Shown piece by piece: positions 1 to 12,961 of a stretch of 64,000 nt of DNA. Under the pieces are notes generated by a model, which was given only the letters and a program-made list of their open reading frames with translations, was not told where the DNA came from and ran no database searches. Location: contig NC_043014.1 in NCBI RefSeq assembly GCF_006345805.1, positions 17,856,001 through 17,920,000 on the forward strand, read 5' to 3'. Each line of letters starts with the position of its first letter. Position 1 is the stretch's first letter. The translations under genes were made by a program, and so were the position numbers. Source of the DNA: Octopus sinensis. Lineage: Eukaryota.

Positions 1-667
1 TGCTATTTCTAGCAGGTAAAGCTTGGCTGATTCACACCATCCTGGTTGGCGTTTGTCAGATGACGTCAAAGATCAAGGGGGAAATAAACGACATTTGCTT
101 CGTTAATTTTACTTCGAGATAAGAACTTTGGGAAAATTAGCCAGTAGGAATTCAACTTTGGGCTGGAAGAATAGAATGATTACATTACAAAATAAATTCT
201 CAGCCGTCCTTAACCTCTGACCAAACACCGCCGGCGCATATAATCATTATACACGAATTATAGTCATGCTGTTTAGCTCTCTGTAGTTTTGAACCGCTGG
301 CGCAAATAACCCTCCGCAGGAACTAGCTAGAATGTCTGCACGGAGTGCGGCTTTTAAGCTAGTTTTTATTAAAGTTGCAAAAACATATTAAAAAACTGCT
401 GCTCAAAGTTTCGCATTCCCGTTTGTCGGGCAGTTTTGATCAAGAATGGGATATTTTTACAATTTTAATAAAAAAAAGCATATTATCCTTCCTTTGAGTG
501 CTGTTTTTTCCAACTTGTTTTGCATTTATGTACTTACTCTTGTATATATACACATATATATTTATATATGTATGTATATGTATACATGTACACACGCACA
601 CACATACACATATATAAACTTACTTGGAAACAGATACGTGGCGTTCAGTCATATAATAATAAAAATA

Positions 668-682
668 ATATATATATATATT

Positions 683-776
<94 letters not shown>

Positions 777-801
777 AATATATATATATAATATATATAT
801 A
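668..801. repeat. (TA)n microsatellite
   Basis: Direct TA dinucleotide run with a few phase interruptions; one of many in the window. Confidence 0.95.
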
Positions 802-844
802 TTCATGTATACAGACATATATGTGCATACTTACATATATATGG

Positions 845-1040
845 GTACAGGACGTCATAGAACATAAGCAACATGAAATACGAAATACGAAAACATGGAA
901 TACGAACTTCTTTTTGCGAACAACGAAAGAAACAAATGGAAAGTAAGACAAGCAACATAAAGAACGACCCTTCACCAGTTGTCGGCTGTTTTATCTACTC
1001 TACATTTCGAGTATTTACGACAAGATATGCTTTTATCAAA
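845..1040. repeat. Interspersed repeat fragment, same family as 40540-40760 (possible PLE pseudo-LTR)
   Basis: Shares acgaaaacat and gttttatctactctacatttcga / gtttcatcttctctacgtttcga blocks with 40540-40760; both copies abut (TA)n. Confidence 0.45.
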
Positions 1041-1084
1041 ACAGTTACTCCCGTAAAGCAAATTAAATAAAATTTGGGATTTGC

Positions 1085-1850
1085 GGAGGTGGCATGTTCT
1101 CTGCAAATTGGTCTTGGTTCTGCATACGAAATCATCCGCGACAAGCTTCGCTTCCGTAAAGTCGGTGAGAAATGGGTGTTGAGATAGTTGACCGAAGTAC
1201 TTTAGCACAAACGTGAGGAGTTCTGTCTAAGCTTATTCGATCGCTACAACAATCAAGGCGAAACTTTTTTACAGAAAAAAAGCCACATGGGTGCATCATT
1301 TTGAGCCAGAATCCAAAAGGTTGAGTAATGAGTGGAAACACCCAGAATCACAAACGAAAAAGATATTCTACCTACCGCAGACAAAAAAAGAGATGCTAAC
1401 TGAATTTTGGGACTCAATATGGTCCATATTGGAACATTACCGGAAAAATGGGTCCACATTCACCATCAGGCTATAGTGAAATGCTTGCCAACGAACTGAA
1501 ACCAGTAGTCGTATAAACGCCGAGGTATATCGTCAATGCTAATGTTGTCGGAGGACAGTGCACGCCCACACAGTTAAAAACCTTTGAAAAATTGGGTTTT
1601 GAGGGGCTGGAGCACACAGCCACTCTGCCTACAGTTCACATCACGCACTTACCGACTATTACCTAACTGGAGTGCGCGAACGTTTTCTACGGGGTCATCG
1701 ATTTGCAGGAAGCAATGTATAATTAACTGTACGACCAGTCGCAAATATTAATCTCTGACGGAATAAGTAAGCTTGTGAACCGCGTGAAGAAGTGCATCAA
1801 AAAGTAAAGAGACTATGTCAAAAAAATGATGTAAACGTTCAACCCCTGAT
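1085..1850 (+). mobile_element. Degenerate mariner transposase remnant
   Basis: Frameshifted translation reads IGLGSAYEIIRDKLRFRKVGEKWV, ATWVHHFEPESKRLSNEWKHP and a C-terminal GISKLVNRVKKCIKK*RDYVKK, matching mariner transposase motifs; many stops. Confidence 0.8.
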
Positions 1851-1912
1851 TTTGTTTAATACATTACAGAAACAAGAGTGCGTATGATTTTTTAAATTAC
1901 TTTCACACATAC

Positions 1913-1953
<41 letters not shown>

Positions 1954-2140
1954 AGCAAATATGTTTATAGATGTATATATAAATATATATATATACACGC
2001 ATGTAAGTGTATAATTATATATGTGTATGTATATATCCCTATGCTATGTGGTGTGTTATTTTTTAAATGGTCAATTAAAGAGTTTCTAATGAATGCTGCT
2101 TCTATACAGTTCTTTAATATTTAAAAGTATATAAATTCTT

Positions 2141-2537
2141 TATTCTTTTATTTGTTTCAATCATTTGATTGCGCCCATGCTGGAGCACCGCCTTTAGTCG
2201 AGTAAATCGACCCAAGGACTTATTCTTTGTAAGCCTAGCACTTATTCTATCGGTCTTTCTTGCCGAACTGTTAATTGTTAACTGTTTACATCCCCGTGGA
2301 TGTAAACACACTAGCATCGTTTGTCAAGCGATGATCGGACACAGACACACAAACATATACATACATATATATTTATATATTCGACGGGCTTCTTTCAGTT
2401 TCCGTCAACCAAATCCACTCACAATGTTTTGGTCGGCCCGAAGCTATAGTAGTAGACACTTGCCCAAGGTGCCACGCAGTGAGACTGAGCCATGTGGTTG
2501 GGAAGCAAGCTACTTACCACACAGTCACTCCTGCGCC
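2141..2537 (-). mobile_element. tRNA-derived SINE, family A (full length)
   Basis: Minus strand starts ggcgcaggagtgactgtgtggtaag with tRNA-like A/B boxes, has an internal (TA)/(TG) spacer and ends gcatgggcgcaatcaaatgattgaaac; many paralogs in the window. Confidence 0.85.
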
Positions 2538-2724
2538 TATTCATTAATATTTTAAAAATATTTAGATTCATATGTTTGACAGACGATAAATAATTAATGA
2601 AGAGGGGGAAGAAAATGATTGCGGTACACAATGCACGCAAGAATGATTAGTTCTAAACTTCAATTTGTCTCGTGACTGGGGTTTGGCGGGTTCGAACGAT
2701 CATAAGGACACTCAAGTTAACAGT

Positions 2725-2871
2725 TGATCCCTCATATACAAGAATTTGGATTCCACGAGAACGCATCGTCAGGGGAGGCAGATAACAATGCACTAACTGC
2801 AGCTTAAACAATGAGGAGACAACTTTTCGAGTGAGTTTCTAGATATACTACGGTTAGTCTATATTACTCCG
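2725..2871 (-). repeat. Interspersed repeat, inverted paralog of 8064-8210
   Basis: Reverse complement aligns by eye over ~145 bp with 8064-8210, e.g. gaaaagttgtctcctcattgtttaagctgcagttagtg. Confidence 0.85.
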
Positions 2872-3424
2872 TTTCTTCTCCATCTTGAAATGTGATAGGA
2901 CTTTCTTAACAGCTTAATGCATGTGTGGATGTGTGTGTGTGTGCGCGCGTCCGTGTGTGCGTGTTCGTATAGCTAACTAGCTAGCTAGATAGAGAGGTAG
3001 ATAGATTGATAGAGAGAGAGAGAGACAGACAGACAGAGAAGAGGAAGAGTGGATGGAGTATAGGTATCCAGGAAAGGGATGCATGGATATCAAGTGAAAC
3101 AATTAAGCGAAATTTAAAAATTCTTGTCCTAGAATACAAATCTGTATCGGTGAGAACAAGATATGCCTTATGATATGTTCTATTGATCTAACAGCTGGTT
3201 TTCTATCGCTCCATATCCCTCTATCAGATAATTTCCCAGAGTTTCGGAACTAATGGCAGTAAACTAAAAACACGCGAAGGCTTTAGTGCCGAGAAAATAC
3301 GACGACGTTCTGTGATGTCTTAATAAAATTGACATATGTATGTCTTTGCCTATTTGAGTCTGTACATACACACACACACACACACACACATATACATGTA
3401 TGTATATATGTATATGACTGCGTG

Positions 3425-3455
<31 letters not shown>

Positions 3456-4417
3456 AGATGTATTATGTAGGTGTATATATGTATATGATAACATGTATGT
3501 ATGTCTGTATGTGAATGGTGTGCGCCTGTGTGTGTACACATACATGTATATGTGTGCGTACGCGCGCGCGTGTAATTCTAACACGATCTGAAGATGTAAT
3601 ACAATAATCTTGTCCTTAAATGGAAGAATTTTGCGTACCCACTGACATATCAAAATAAATGTTCCTGGAGTTATTTGAACTAAGGTTCAATGGTTTCGAA
3701 TGAATGGAAAAGGGATATAGTATAATGGTCTTGTACTTGTAAAACGTTACACACTGACGGACAGGCACACCTACACGTATATACACACACACGTCCACAC
3801 ACACTGCGGGTTGATGAAGGTGGTTGTGTTGGCGGTGTGTAATTACGTGTGTAAGTGTATCGTATCTATGGTTAAAACACCAGCTTTAAAATTACTTATG
3901 CATATACTGAGTGTGAAACAAAATCCTGCTTCATTCGACCAACACCCAGCAGTTTTAGTGTGCGTGCGTATGTATGTGTGTGTGTATGCGTGTGTCTGTG
4001 TGTGTGTATGCGTGTGTGTACGTGCGCGTGTGTATGTGTGTCAAAGAATGAGGAAGCGTGTAATGAATACATTGCTTAGTGTTTATTTATTCAATTGATG
4101 GTAGCCAAAGCTGTTCTCCGTCCTTACTCTATGTTTAATATGTATGTGTGTGTGAGTGTGTGTATGTGTTGTATGTTTGTATATATATGTGCCTAGATAC
4201 ATGCATGCTTTTCTGTGTGTATGTGTATGTATATGTATTCGCATACATATGCGAATATATTTATGTATACATACACACGCACATAATAGCGCATGTGTGT
4301 AAATACATCTTTATGTATACAAACATGTACATACATACATATATATATATACACCTGTCTTCGTCTTTTGTTTTTCTGTAAATTTCAACTATATAAATGT
4401 ATAAATAATAAATGTAC

Positions 4418-4640
4418 CCTTTTAAAGCCTAGCCAGGCTCATGGGCCCGGTTTCGCGGTTTCAATGGCGTATGTGTTCCCCAGCTGGACGGGACGCGAGT
4501 CCATCGCAGAGTTACTCATTTTTGCCAGCTGAGTGGACTGGAGCAACGTGAAATGAAGTGCTTTGCTCAAGTACACAACGCGTCGCCCGGTCCAGGAATC
4601 GAAACTAAAATCTTACGATCATGATGCAGACACCCTAGCC
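4418..4640 (-). mobile_element. tRNA-derived SINE, family D (CORE-like body)
   Basis: Minus strand carries gtttcgattcctggaccgggcgacgcgttgtgtacttgagcaaagcacttcatttcacg; paralogs at 7880-8010 and 18430-18670. Confidence 0.75.
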
Positions 4641-4665
4641 TATGTGTCTATACATTTATATATAT

Positions 4666-4697
<32 letters not shown>

Positions 4698-5004
4698 ATA
4701 ATATATAATATATATAACGTATGTGTCTATACATACATTTATATACAAATATGTGTATGTGTATGTGTGTGTGTAGGTAAAATATAAAGGTGGAACCAGC
4801 ACGAAAGTATTCCGCTTACTTTTTTTTTTATTTTTTAATTTTTTTTACATTTGTTACATCAAGTAACAAATATTAAAAAAACTTTCGATGTGTACGTCCA
4901 TCTTATCAGCCATTAAGAATTCAAACTCATGAAGAAAATAAACATTCAGAATCAGAAATTAAAACAGTTTATTCTTATATTCTGTGCATAGTTATGAACA
5001 CGTT

Positions 5005-5035
<31 letters not shown>

Positions 5036-5149
5036 CACACACACACACACTCACACATATATATGTGTGTGTCTGTTCCTCCTTCGGCCGATTTATATAT
5101 ATATATATATGGGAGAGCGAGATAGTTAGATAGATAGACAGTTAGATAT

Positions 5150-5522
5150 TCTTTTCTTTGTTTCAGTCATTTGACTGCGGCCACGCTGGAGCACCGCCTT
5201 TAGTCGAACAAATCGACCCCAAGACTTATTCTTTGTAAGCCTAGTACTTATTCTATCACCCTCTTTTGCCGAACCGCTAAGTTACGGGTGACGTAAACAC
5301 ACCAACATTGGTTGTCAAACGATGGTGGGTGACAAACACAGAGACACAAACACATACATATATTTGACAGGCTTCTCTCAGTTTCCGTCTACCAAATCCG
5401 CTCACAAAGCTTCGATCTTCCCGAGGCTATAGTAGAAGACACTCACCCAATGTGCCACGCAGTGAAATTGAACCCGGAACCATGCGTCTGGAAAGCAAGC
5501 TATTTACCACACAGCCACTCCT
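5150..5522 (-). mobile_element. SINE family A
   Basis: Collinear with 2141-2537 and 63253-63676. Confidence 0.85.
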
Positions 5523-5865
5523 AGTTGTAGTAACGTAGCAATGAACCATCATACTGAATGTAATTGTATAAATCTGTGGTTCCCAAAGTGGGCAATATTG
5601 CCCCCCACCCCGGGTGGTGGAAATTTCCAAGTGGCGTGGAAGAAAAGTGGGATGATAAAGTCGTCTTCTAGAAGCCTTAGTAAATTTATTTGAAACTTAA
5701 AGGACAAAAATAAAATGTTTATGTGGAAGGGGAAATAATAAGCTGGGCTGTTGCCTATAAAATTGGAAATGGTTATTGTTTTCTTTGTGTGGTATAATAA
5801 TTTGAAATCTCATATTCTAAACGTGGACTCCTTAACACTATCATGTATTCACGCCCGTAAAAAAG

Positions 5866-5973
5866 TTTAGGTGTTTTCGCTCAATAAACACTAACAACGT
5901 CCGGTCTGGGAATCGAAACCGCGATCCTACGACCGTGAGTCCGCTGCCCTAACCACTGGGCCATTGCGCCTCC
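5866..5973 (-). mobile_element. SINE family B, head only
   Basis: Minus strand ggaggcgcaatggcccagtggttagggcagcggactc...gtttcgattcccagacc, a tRNA-like head; matches the start of 60010. Confidence 0.8.
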
Positions 5974-5993
5974 ATAAATCAGTAAATAGTAAA

Positions 5994-6013
5994 TAGTAAT
6001 AATAATAATAATA

Positions 6014-6071
<58 letters not shown>

Positions 6072-6082
6072 TAATAATAATA

Positions 6083-6150
<68 letters not shown>
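5994..6150. repeat. (AAT)n microsatellite
   Basis: Direct trinucleotide run. Confidence 0.95.
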
Positions 6151-6697
6151 TGATGCAGTACCAGGCAGTAGCTCTCATGGCTTCTGATCTTAACTGATTG
6201 GAAGTGTTATCATGTACATTGTTTTTTCTTGGTATAACAGATGGGCTACAGCAAATATTCTGCTCAATACCACAGATTTGCTTGTCAGTTGTTTGACCTT
6301 AACCAGTTGACCATGTCCCTTAGTGGCTGACGATATGCATCTCTGATCACGAGCATAAGTAGTGGGGGAACATCATAGCCATGTGTTGAGAGGATTCTTT
6401 GGGGTTTGAATAATTCACCTCTGGAAACATGGGTGGTTCTTTCAACATCCTTAAACAACCCTTATTCAGGGACCTTTTGAGCGGGATGGGCTACTCAACC
6501 TGAAGAAAAATTCTAACTGGGCCCCACCTGCAAGTTCATGTGCTGTTTATCTTGATATGAGATCACCATGTCGCGCCATATGGTTATGATGCATGTGCCT
6601 GGTGTACCCTTATCAGACGGGTAGTCATGATGGGTATATTGGGCTTCGTATATTTTACCTCAGTGTCACTTTGATGGCATGAACTGCTCTCTCACTC
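6151..6697. mobile_element. 547-bp non-coding insertion flanked on both sides by (AAT)n
   Basis: Complex sequence bounded sharply by (AAT)n at 5994-6150 and 6698-6763; no ORF. Family identity is not established from this window. Confidence 0.5.
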
Positions 6698-6714
6698 AAT
6701 AATAATAATAATAA

Positions 6715-6745
<31 letters not shown>

Positions 6746-7393
6746 ATTAATAATAATAATAATTTAGCTGTAATTGCTTGAGTTTATAACTGGGTGAATT
6801 ATGAAAAACTTCTTTAATGATTAAATACTCTACTGACATTTCGATCTATCATAATTGATAATATAAATTAGGAATATTGTTTTTTAGTTTCTAGGTAAAT
6901 TAATCATATCAAAATATTGATTAAGCTAACTAACGGATACTTTTGTTTTTCAACATATTACACACAAGCGCAAACAAATGCATTAACAAATTTGCATATA
7001 CCTATACACAAGTAACGGATTTTTTTCAATATACAACGCAGGTTTATATTAAAGTTCCTGCGCGCATTGCACCGTTATCGTTCTTTGGAACCCTGCGATA
7101 GGAGTTCCTAAATGCATATAGATGCTCGACTACAATGGATAGACTTTATTGTATCAAGTTACCGGCACTGTAGTAGAAGACATTTGCCCAAGGTGGTCTG
7201 TAGTGGGACTGAACACAATAGCATGTGGTTGGGAAGCAAAGTTCTTAACACACAGCCACAGCTGCGCCTATAAAAAGTGAGATACATACAGTACCTAGGT
7301 TTCCCGAGAGGTCACCCATCTAAACAATACCTAGGTTAGACGTTGCTTAACTCCGTCGATCGATCAGACAAGAACCGGTGTGTGTGTGTGTGA

Positions 7394-7519
<126 letters not shown>

Positions 7520-8063
7520 ACATTTGCGTACATCTACATACACACACAATCGCTTAGACATTGTAGAAACGTGTGAAAAAGTTATCAGGTTAGTATCATG
7601 TTGCACATGTAATCGTAACCTTGTTGACGTACGTAAAACTAGATCTTGTTGTTGTCTTCCCTTTTCTTGACCTCTCCTGTTCATTGTTTTGCCGAATATC
7701 TTCAACCATATTAAATACCTCTAAATTACTTTATTTTCTTTAGTTTCTTTAATATAGGATTGCAGTTTAGTTTTAGGTACGGTAGTAGTAATAGATGCAG
7801 CCGTAGAGCAGTGGCGACAGCAGTAGCTGTAGTAGTGGTAGCAGCAGCAGCAGCAGTAGTAGTGTATTAGTCTCATTATTGTATGATTGTGGTTTCGATT
7901 GTTGGACCGGACGATGCATTCGTTTCTTGAGCAAAACACTCCATTTCACGCTGTCCCAGTCCATTCGGCTGGTAAAAATGAGTAATCCTGCGACGGACCG
8001 GCGTTTCGTCCAAAGAGGAATATATACGCCAGAGAAATCGGGAAATTGTCCTTATGCTCCTTA

Positions 8064-8210
8064 CGGAGTAATGTAAACTAACCGTAGTATATGTAGAAAC
8101 TCATTCGAAAAGTTGTCTCCTCATTGTTTAAGCTGCAGTTAGTGTATTACCATCTGACTCCCCTGACGATGCGTTCTCGTGAAACGCAAATTTTTGTATA
8201 CGAGGGATCA
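8064..8210 (+). repeat. Interspersed repeat, paralog of 2725-2871
   Basis: See 2725-2871; carries a hammerhead-like CTGACGA...GAAA. Confidence 0.85.
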
Positions 8211-8242
8211 GTTAGGTATACGATCACGCACACACGCACGCA

Positions 8243-8289
<47 letters not shown>

Positions 8290-8399
8290 TAATATAATGG
8301 CTTCTGACCACCTCAAGTTACTCTGAATTATTGTTTTTTTAATATATATTTCTATATCAGTTTTGGTTTCCTTCTTCAGTTTCTAAATTTTTCATTCTT

Positions 8400-8692
8400 T
8401 GCTATGCGGAGATGAAGTTCTTTATTCAAATGCCGAACGCATGCAAATAGAGCACCAAAAGTTGAAATCGTTTGACGAGAAGAAACTGCCTGACCTTAAT
8501 GACATAAGACAGCAACAAATAAAGTACGTTGGGCATCGTATAAGAAGAGAAAGCTCTGAACACTTGGTGATAATTGAGAACCTGAAAGAAAGAAATCGAG
8601 AAAAACACAGAAAGAGATATACAACGACCATTCTAATTGGCTACGGAAAGTCTGACCTAATAATTTGTCAAGTTATGTGTGAACGTCCATGA
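8400..8692 (+). pseudogene. RTE-type LINE ORF C-terminal remnant
   Basis: RQQQIKYVGHRIRRESSEHLVIIENLKERNREKHRKRY resembles the RTE C-terminal R..QL..GH..R...E.L....G.R.RGR.R..W pattern. Confidence 0.6.
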
Positions 8693-8839
8693 CACATAAC
8701 GGAGAAATTTAACTTTTTTACTTCAATTCTTATTCACTTTCTCCTTGGTCAATTTTTTCCCTTAAATTTCGTAATTCTTTGTGAACAGTACCACGATTTG
8801 ATACGGCTTTAAAAAACTATAAGAAAGTTACTACTTACT

Positions 8840-9200
8840 AAGGTTTTTTCAAAGCTGTTTGGTAGTCAGTAGGTCGGTAGAAATGTTTCCTGACCGTGTT
8901 GTCAAGATGGATGTCCCCTGTAAAAAGTTCCTCGTCAGTGAAGAACTTGAACCCTTTGTAAACAATCCGCTTTTCGAGTTTTAGCAATTGAAATTCGTTC
9001 AGAGTCCAACTGAACTTGTCCGTACAGTCTAAAATAGAATGTTCCAGTAATTTCATTAAATTATACTGGTAGAATGGTTTCCAGTGAGATTTTGACAGGT
9101 GAGGACAGGCTCTAAATGACCTATGTTTCAATGACCATGCTGCACTCGAACTATAAGGAAGGACGCTGACACTGTGAAGATGATATCTGCTTTCTACTCC
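8840..9200 (-). pseudogene. Possible degenerate PLE reverse transcriptase fragment
   Basis: PFYQYNLMKLLEHSIL and IVYKG...HFYRPTDYQTAL weakly resemble PLE RT motifs (P.YANLFM..LE..IL; ..KPTD..QYL). Confidence 0.4.
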
Positions 9201-9473
9201 TCCTTGTGTAAGTAAAGACCATCGCTGTGCTTTTATGCGGCCATTAGCAACAATAACATAGAGCGGTGTGGAACATTGGGAATCCTTGTAATAAAACTGT
9301 TCTACTGTAAAATTCCGTTTATCGAAACTGTACTTTCGAATGAGAAATTCTGGACCTGGTCGAACTTCACAGCTAAAACAGATAAAAAAATATATATAAA
9401 CAAATAAAAAAATGATTTGAATTTGATTCTGAACCTTAATAATAATATAATATATATATATAATATATATATA

Positions 9474-9510
<37 letters not shown>

Positions 9511-9513
<3 letters not shown>

Positions 9514-9870
9514 CGGGAGCTTTATGAAATAGACAAAAGACGAAGGCAGGTGGAAAACAAACAAACAATTGTATTAGTATGGCGCTCAGGAAATATAAAT
9601 AAAACAAGTCTTTAACGTTTCGAGCCTACGCTCTTCAACAGAAAGATACACAGAGAGAAAAAAAACACAGAAAGAAGGAGAGAAAAAAAATGCGTGCAGT
9701 AACTAACGAATCAACATATATAATACATGTATATATACATATATATTGATAGAAATGGCAAGACAACAAAAGAATGAAAGAGACCTCGATATTGTGTAAA
9801 TAGAGGAATTTATCTGTAAATATAATATGTGACAATTATTCGGTAGCCATGATAAAACTTTAGTAAAAGA
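9511..9870 (-). mobile_element. Solo PLE pseudo-LTR-like repeat with a minimal hammerhead-like motif
   Basis: Abuts (TA)n at 9445-9511; its terminus taacgggagctttatgaaa...gacgaaggcaggtgga recurs at 42130-42225, also next to (TA)n; motif at 9609-9646. Confidence 0.6.
9609..9646 (-). ncRNA. Minimal hammerhead-like motif with an A6U core change
   Basis: Minus strand TCTTT-CTGTTGA-A-GAGC-GTAG-GCTC-GAAAC-GT-T-AAAGA: stem I TCTTT/AAAGA, stem II GAGC/GCTC. Confidence 0.45.
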
Positions 9871-10133
9871 AATCGACGTCAGGATTTATTCGTTGCAAGC
9901 CTAGTACTTATTCTATCGGTGGGTTTGTCAAAAGGCTAAGTTGCGGGGACGTAAACACACCGACATTGGTTGTCAACCGATGATGGGATGTACAAACACA
10001 CACAGACACACACACGCACACACACATACACACACACACACTACCTATATATAAATACATACACATGTATATATGCATATATATATATACATATATAAAT
10101 AAATATATATATATATATAGACATATATAAATA

Positions 10134-11190
10134 CTTTGGGATATCCGGAAAGTTCGTGCCGATTTATAGTAGCTTACCTTTCGACTTATTTTAGAACATG
10201 GTTGAGTCCATAAAATAGGATTTGACTACACCTCCATTTAGAGCACAGTTTAAGCTATCTTTTCGTGGAAGAATGTTTATGTTTTAATTCTGTAACCCTT
10301 TAAAATGGATGATAAAGTTTATTTTCGGCACTTGATGCTTTTCTTTTTCCGTGAAAGGAAAAATGCCTCACAAGCAACCAAAGAAATATGCGCAGTTTAC
10401 GGTGATGTTTCTTTATCCGAAAGAACTGTACCGAAGGGGTTCGCAAGGTTCCGAGCTGGAGATTGTAACCTTATTGAAGATTGTAAACTTATTGATAAAG
10501 AGTGATCAGGCAGACTACAGATGATGATCAAATCAAGTCATTAATTAAGAATAACCCACATTACACAACCCAAGATTTGGCAGAAAGTCTCAACCTATCA
10601 AAATCCGTCGCTCATGAGCACCTATCAAAGCTTGGGTACACAAATCGCTACGATGTTTGGGTACCACATGAGTTGAGTGAGAAGAACCTTTTGGATCGCA
10701 TTTCCATCTGTGATTCGCTTTATAAACGGAATGAAAACGCATCTTTTTTAAAGCAAATTGTGACAGGTGATGAGAAATGGATTATCTACCGAAATATTCA
10801 GAGAAAGCGATCTTGGAGTAAGCGACATAAGCCACCCTTAGCCACCCCAAAAGCGGGTCTTCACCCCACAAAATGTTGCTTTGTGTCTGGTGGGACTGGA
10901 ACGGAATTCTGTACTATGAGCTTCTTCCAACTAACCAGACAATTAATTCTAAGAAATACTGTACACAACTGGACGAGTTAAAAGCAGCAATTCAAGAGAA
11001 ACGTCCAGAATTAGCCAACAGGACGAGTGTTGTTTTCCAACATGATAATGCAAGACCGCACGTTTCTTTGGGAACCCGACAAAAATTGCTGCAGGTCGGC
11101 TGGAATGTGTTACCCCACCCTCCATATTCACCAGATATTGCTCCTTCGGATTTCCACTTCTTCAGGTCTCTGCAGAATAGTGTTAATATA
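10134..11190 (+). mobile_element. Mariner DD34D transposon, frameshifted and 3'-truncated
   Basis: ORF pieces 10305-10505, 10502-10981 and 10873-11199 give WVPHEL, IVTGDEKW, HDNARPH and YSPDIAPSD; 34 residues lie between the last two catalytic Asp. TIR-like ggaaagttcgtgccgatt follows TA at the 5' end; no matching 3' TIR seen. Confidence 0.95.
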
Positions 11191-11196
11191 TATATA

Positions 11197-12961
11197 TAAG
11201 GACGTTTATAAGCGCCTGATTTCGAATAGTGTCACGGACACATACAAAAAAGACAACACGAATATATACAAAAAGGTGAACTTAGAAGCAAGAGGAATAG
11301 CTAACGATCTTAAGATTAGCGATAGGATTGAATATCTTTCACCACGACCAGCTTTTATTACTCTGAAAGACCATAAAGCCAATTTTAGTAGAACCCCAAA
11401 TGTAGATTGATAAATCCGGCTAAAACTGAGATAGGATTATTAGCAAAAATATTTTGACCGTATTATAGTTAAGTTAGATAGTGAAGTAGACTTGAGAATT
11501 TGGAAGAATAGTAAGTCAGTTATAGAGTGGTTAAAGGTATTAGCTATAAGAATAATTGTAGTTTCACACAATTCGACATTATTGACTTTTAACCCGTCAA
11601 TATCTAGGACGTTGCTCCTAAGGGCATTGGACTTCGCCAAGCAGTATGTCAACATCGATAGCTCGGAAATTGATATTATTATGCATGCGAGGAAATCGTT
11701 TCTTTTTTTCGAGAATTCCACCGGATTAAGAAGACTGAGGATTCTCTTTTCGATGTACCGATGGGGGCATACGACGGGGCTGAATTATGTATGCTCATAG
11801 GAGCCTTTATTCTCCATAATCTAAAAATAGAATTCCCATTTATAGATGCAGGTTTATATAGGGATGACGGCCTTATAACCACGCATAATCTAAACGGCCA
11901 TGAATCAGATAAACTTAGGAAGGACCTCATAGCTTTCTTTCAAAGGATGGGCTTACGGGTTACGATAGATGCTAACCTGAATAGTGTAGATTTTTTAGAC
12001 GTAAATTTTAATGTAGGATCGGATAGATTTAAACCTTTCCGTAAGCCCAATGAAAAGCTATCGTATATTAGCAAAGATTCGAACCATCCACCAGTTATCC
12101 TTAGGAACTTAGTCAGCAATGTAGGTAGAAGAATATCTTCAATTTCTTCGGACGAGGCAGCATTCCATAATGCTGCACCTTATTACGATAGCCCATTAGA
12201 GAATAGTGGATTCTCTGAGAAGATCCAGTTCAACCAGCTTAATGCTGATAATAATGCTGCACGAAGAACTAGGACCAGGAAAGTTTTGTGGTTCAACCCG
12301 GCTTTCAATTTGGCCGTAAAGACTAATATAGGTAAGGAATTTTTGAGATTAGTCTCTAAGCATTTTAAGCAGGGTCATAAATTTTATAGGATATTTAACA
12401 GAAGAACCCTGAAGGTTAGCTATTCTTGTTGCAGAAATTTCGCCTCTTACATTAGCCAACATAATAGGAAGCTAATTGAGATTAGACATGGTGCCGAGAC
12501 CATTAAGAATGTAATTTCAAAAACGAAAGCTCCTGTCCGTTAGAAGGGAAATGTCTGGTGAAAGGAGTAGTTTATAGAGCCAAGGTGCAAGTGGAAGGCT
12601 CATCGGAATACAAGACATACACAGGGGCTTCAGAAAATTCATTTAAAACAAGATTTTATTTCTCATAAAAATTCATTTAAATACCCAGAGAATAGGAAGA
12701 AAACCAGCCTAGCAAAATATGTCTGGGAACTAAAGAAAGGAAGCCCACCTTCATCAACGTGACATGGAGCATTCTGGACAGGCGGCACCATACAGGCATG
12801 GATCATACAAAAATAATTTCAAGTGCAAGCTTTGTTTATTAGAAAAAATGTACATCTTATTCAAAGACAATAATTCTTTGAATCAAAGAAGCGAGCTAAT
12901 GAACTTATGTAGGCACGCGGCTAAATTTAAAATGTCGAATATAAATATACCATATGGATAG
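11197..12961 (+). mobile_element. Penelope-like retroelement (RT + C-terminal GIY-YIG endonuclease), 5'-truncated and frameshifted
   Basis: KCRLINPAKTEIG, MGAYDGAELC, GLYRDDGL (RT catalytic), FLDVNF, WFNPAF, CPLEGKCL, VVYRAKV...KTYTG (GIY-YIG), CKLCLLEK...LNQRSEL...CRH; stop at 12961. Confidence 0.92.
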
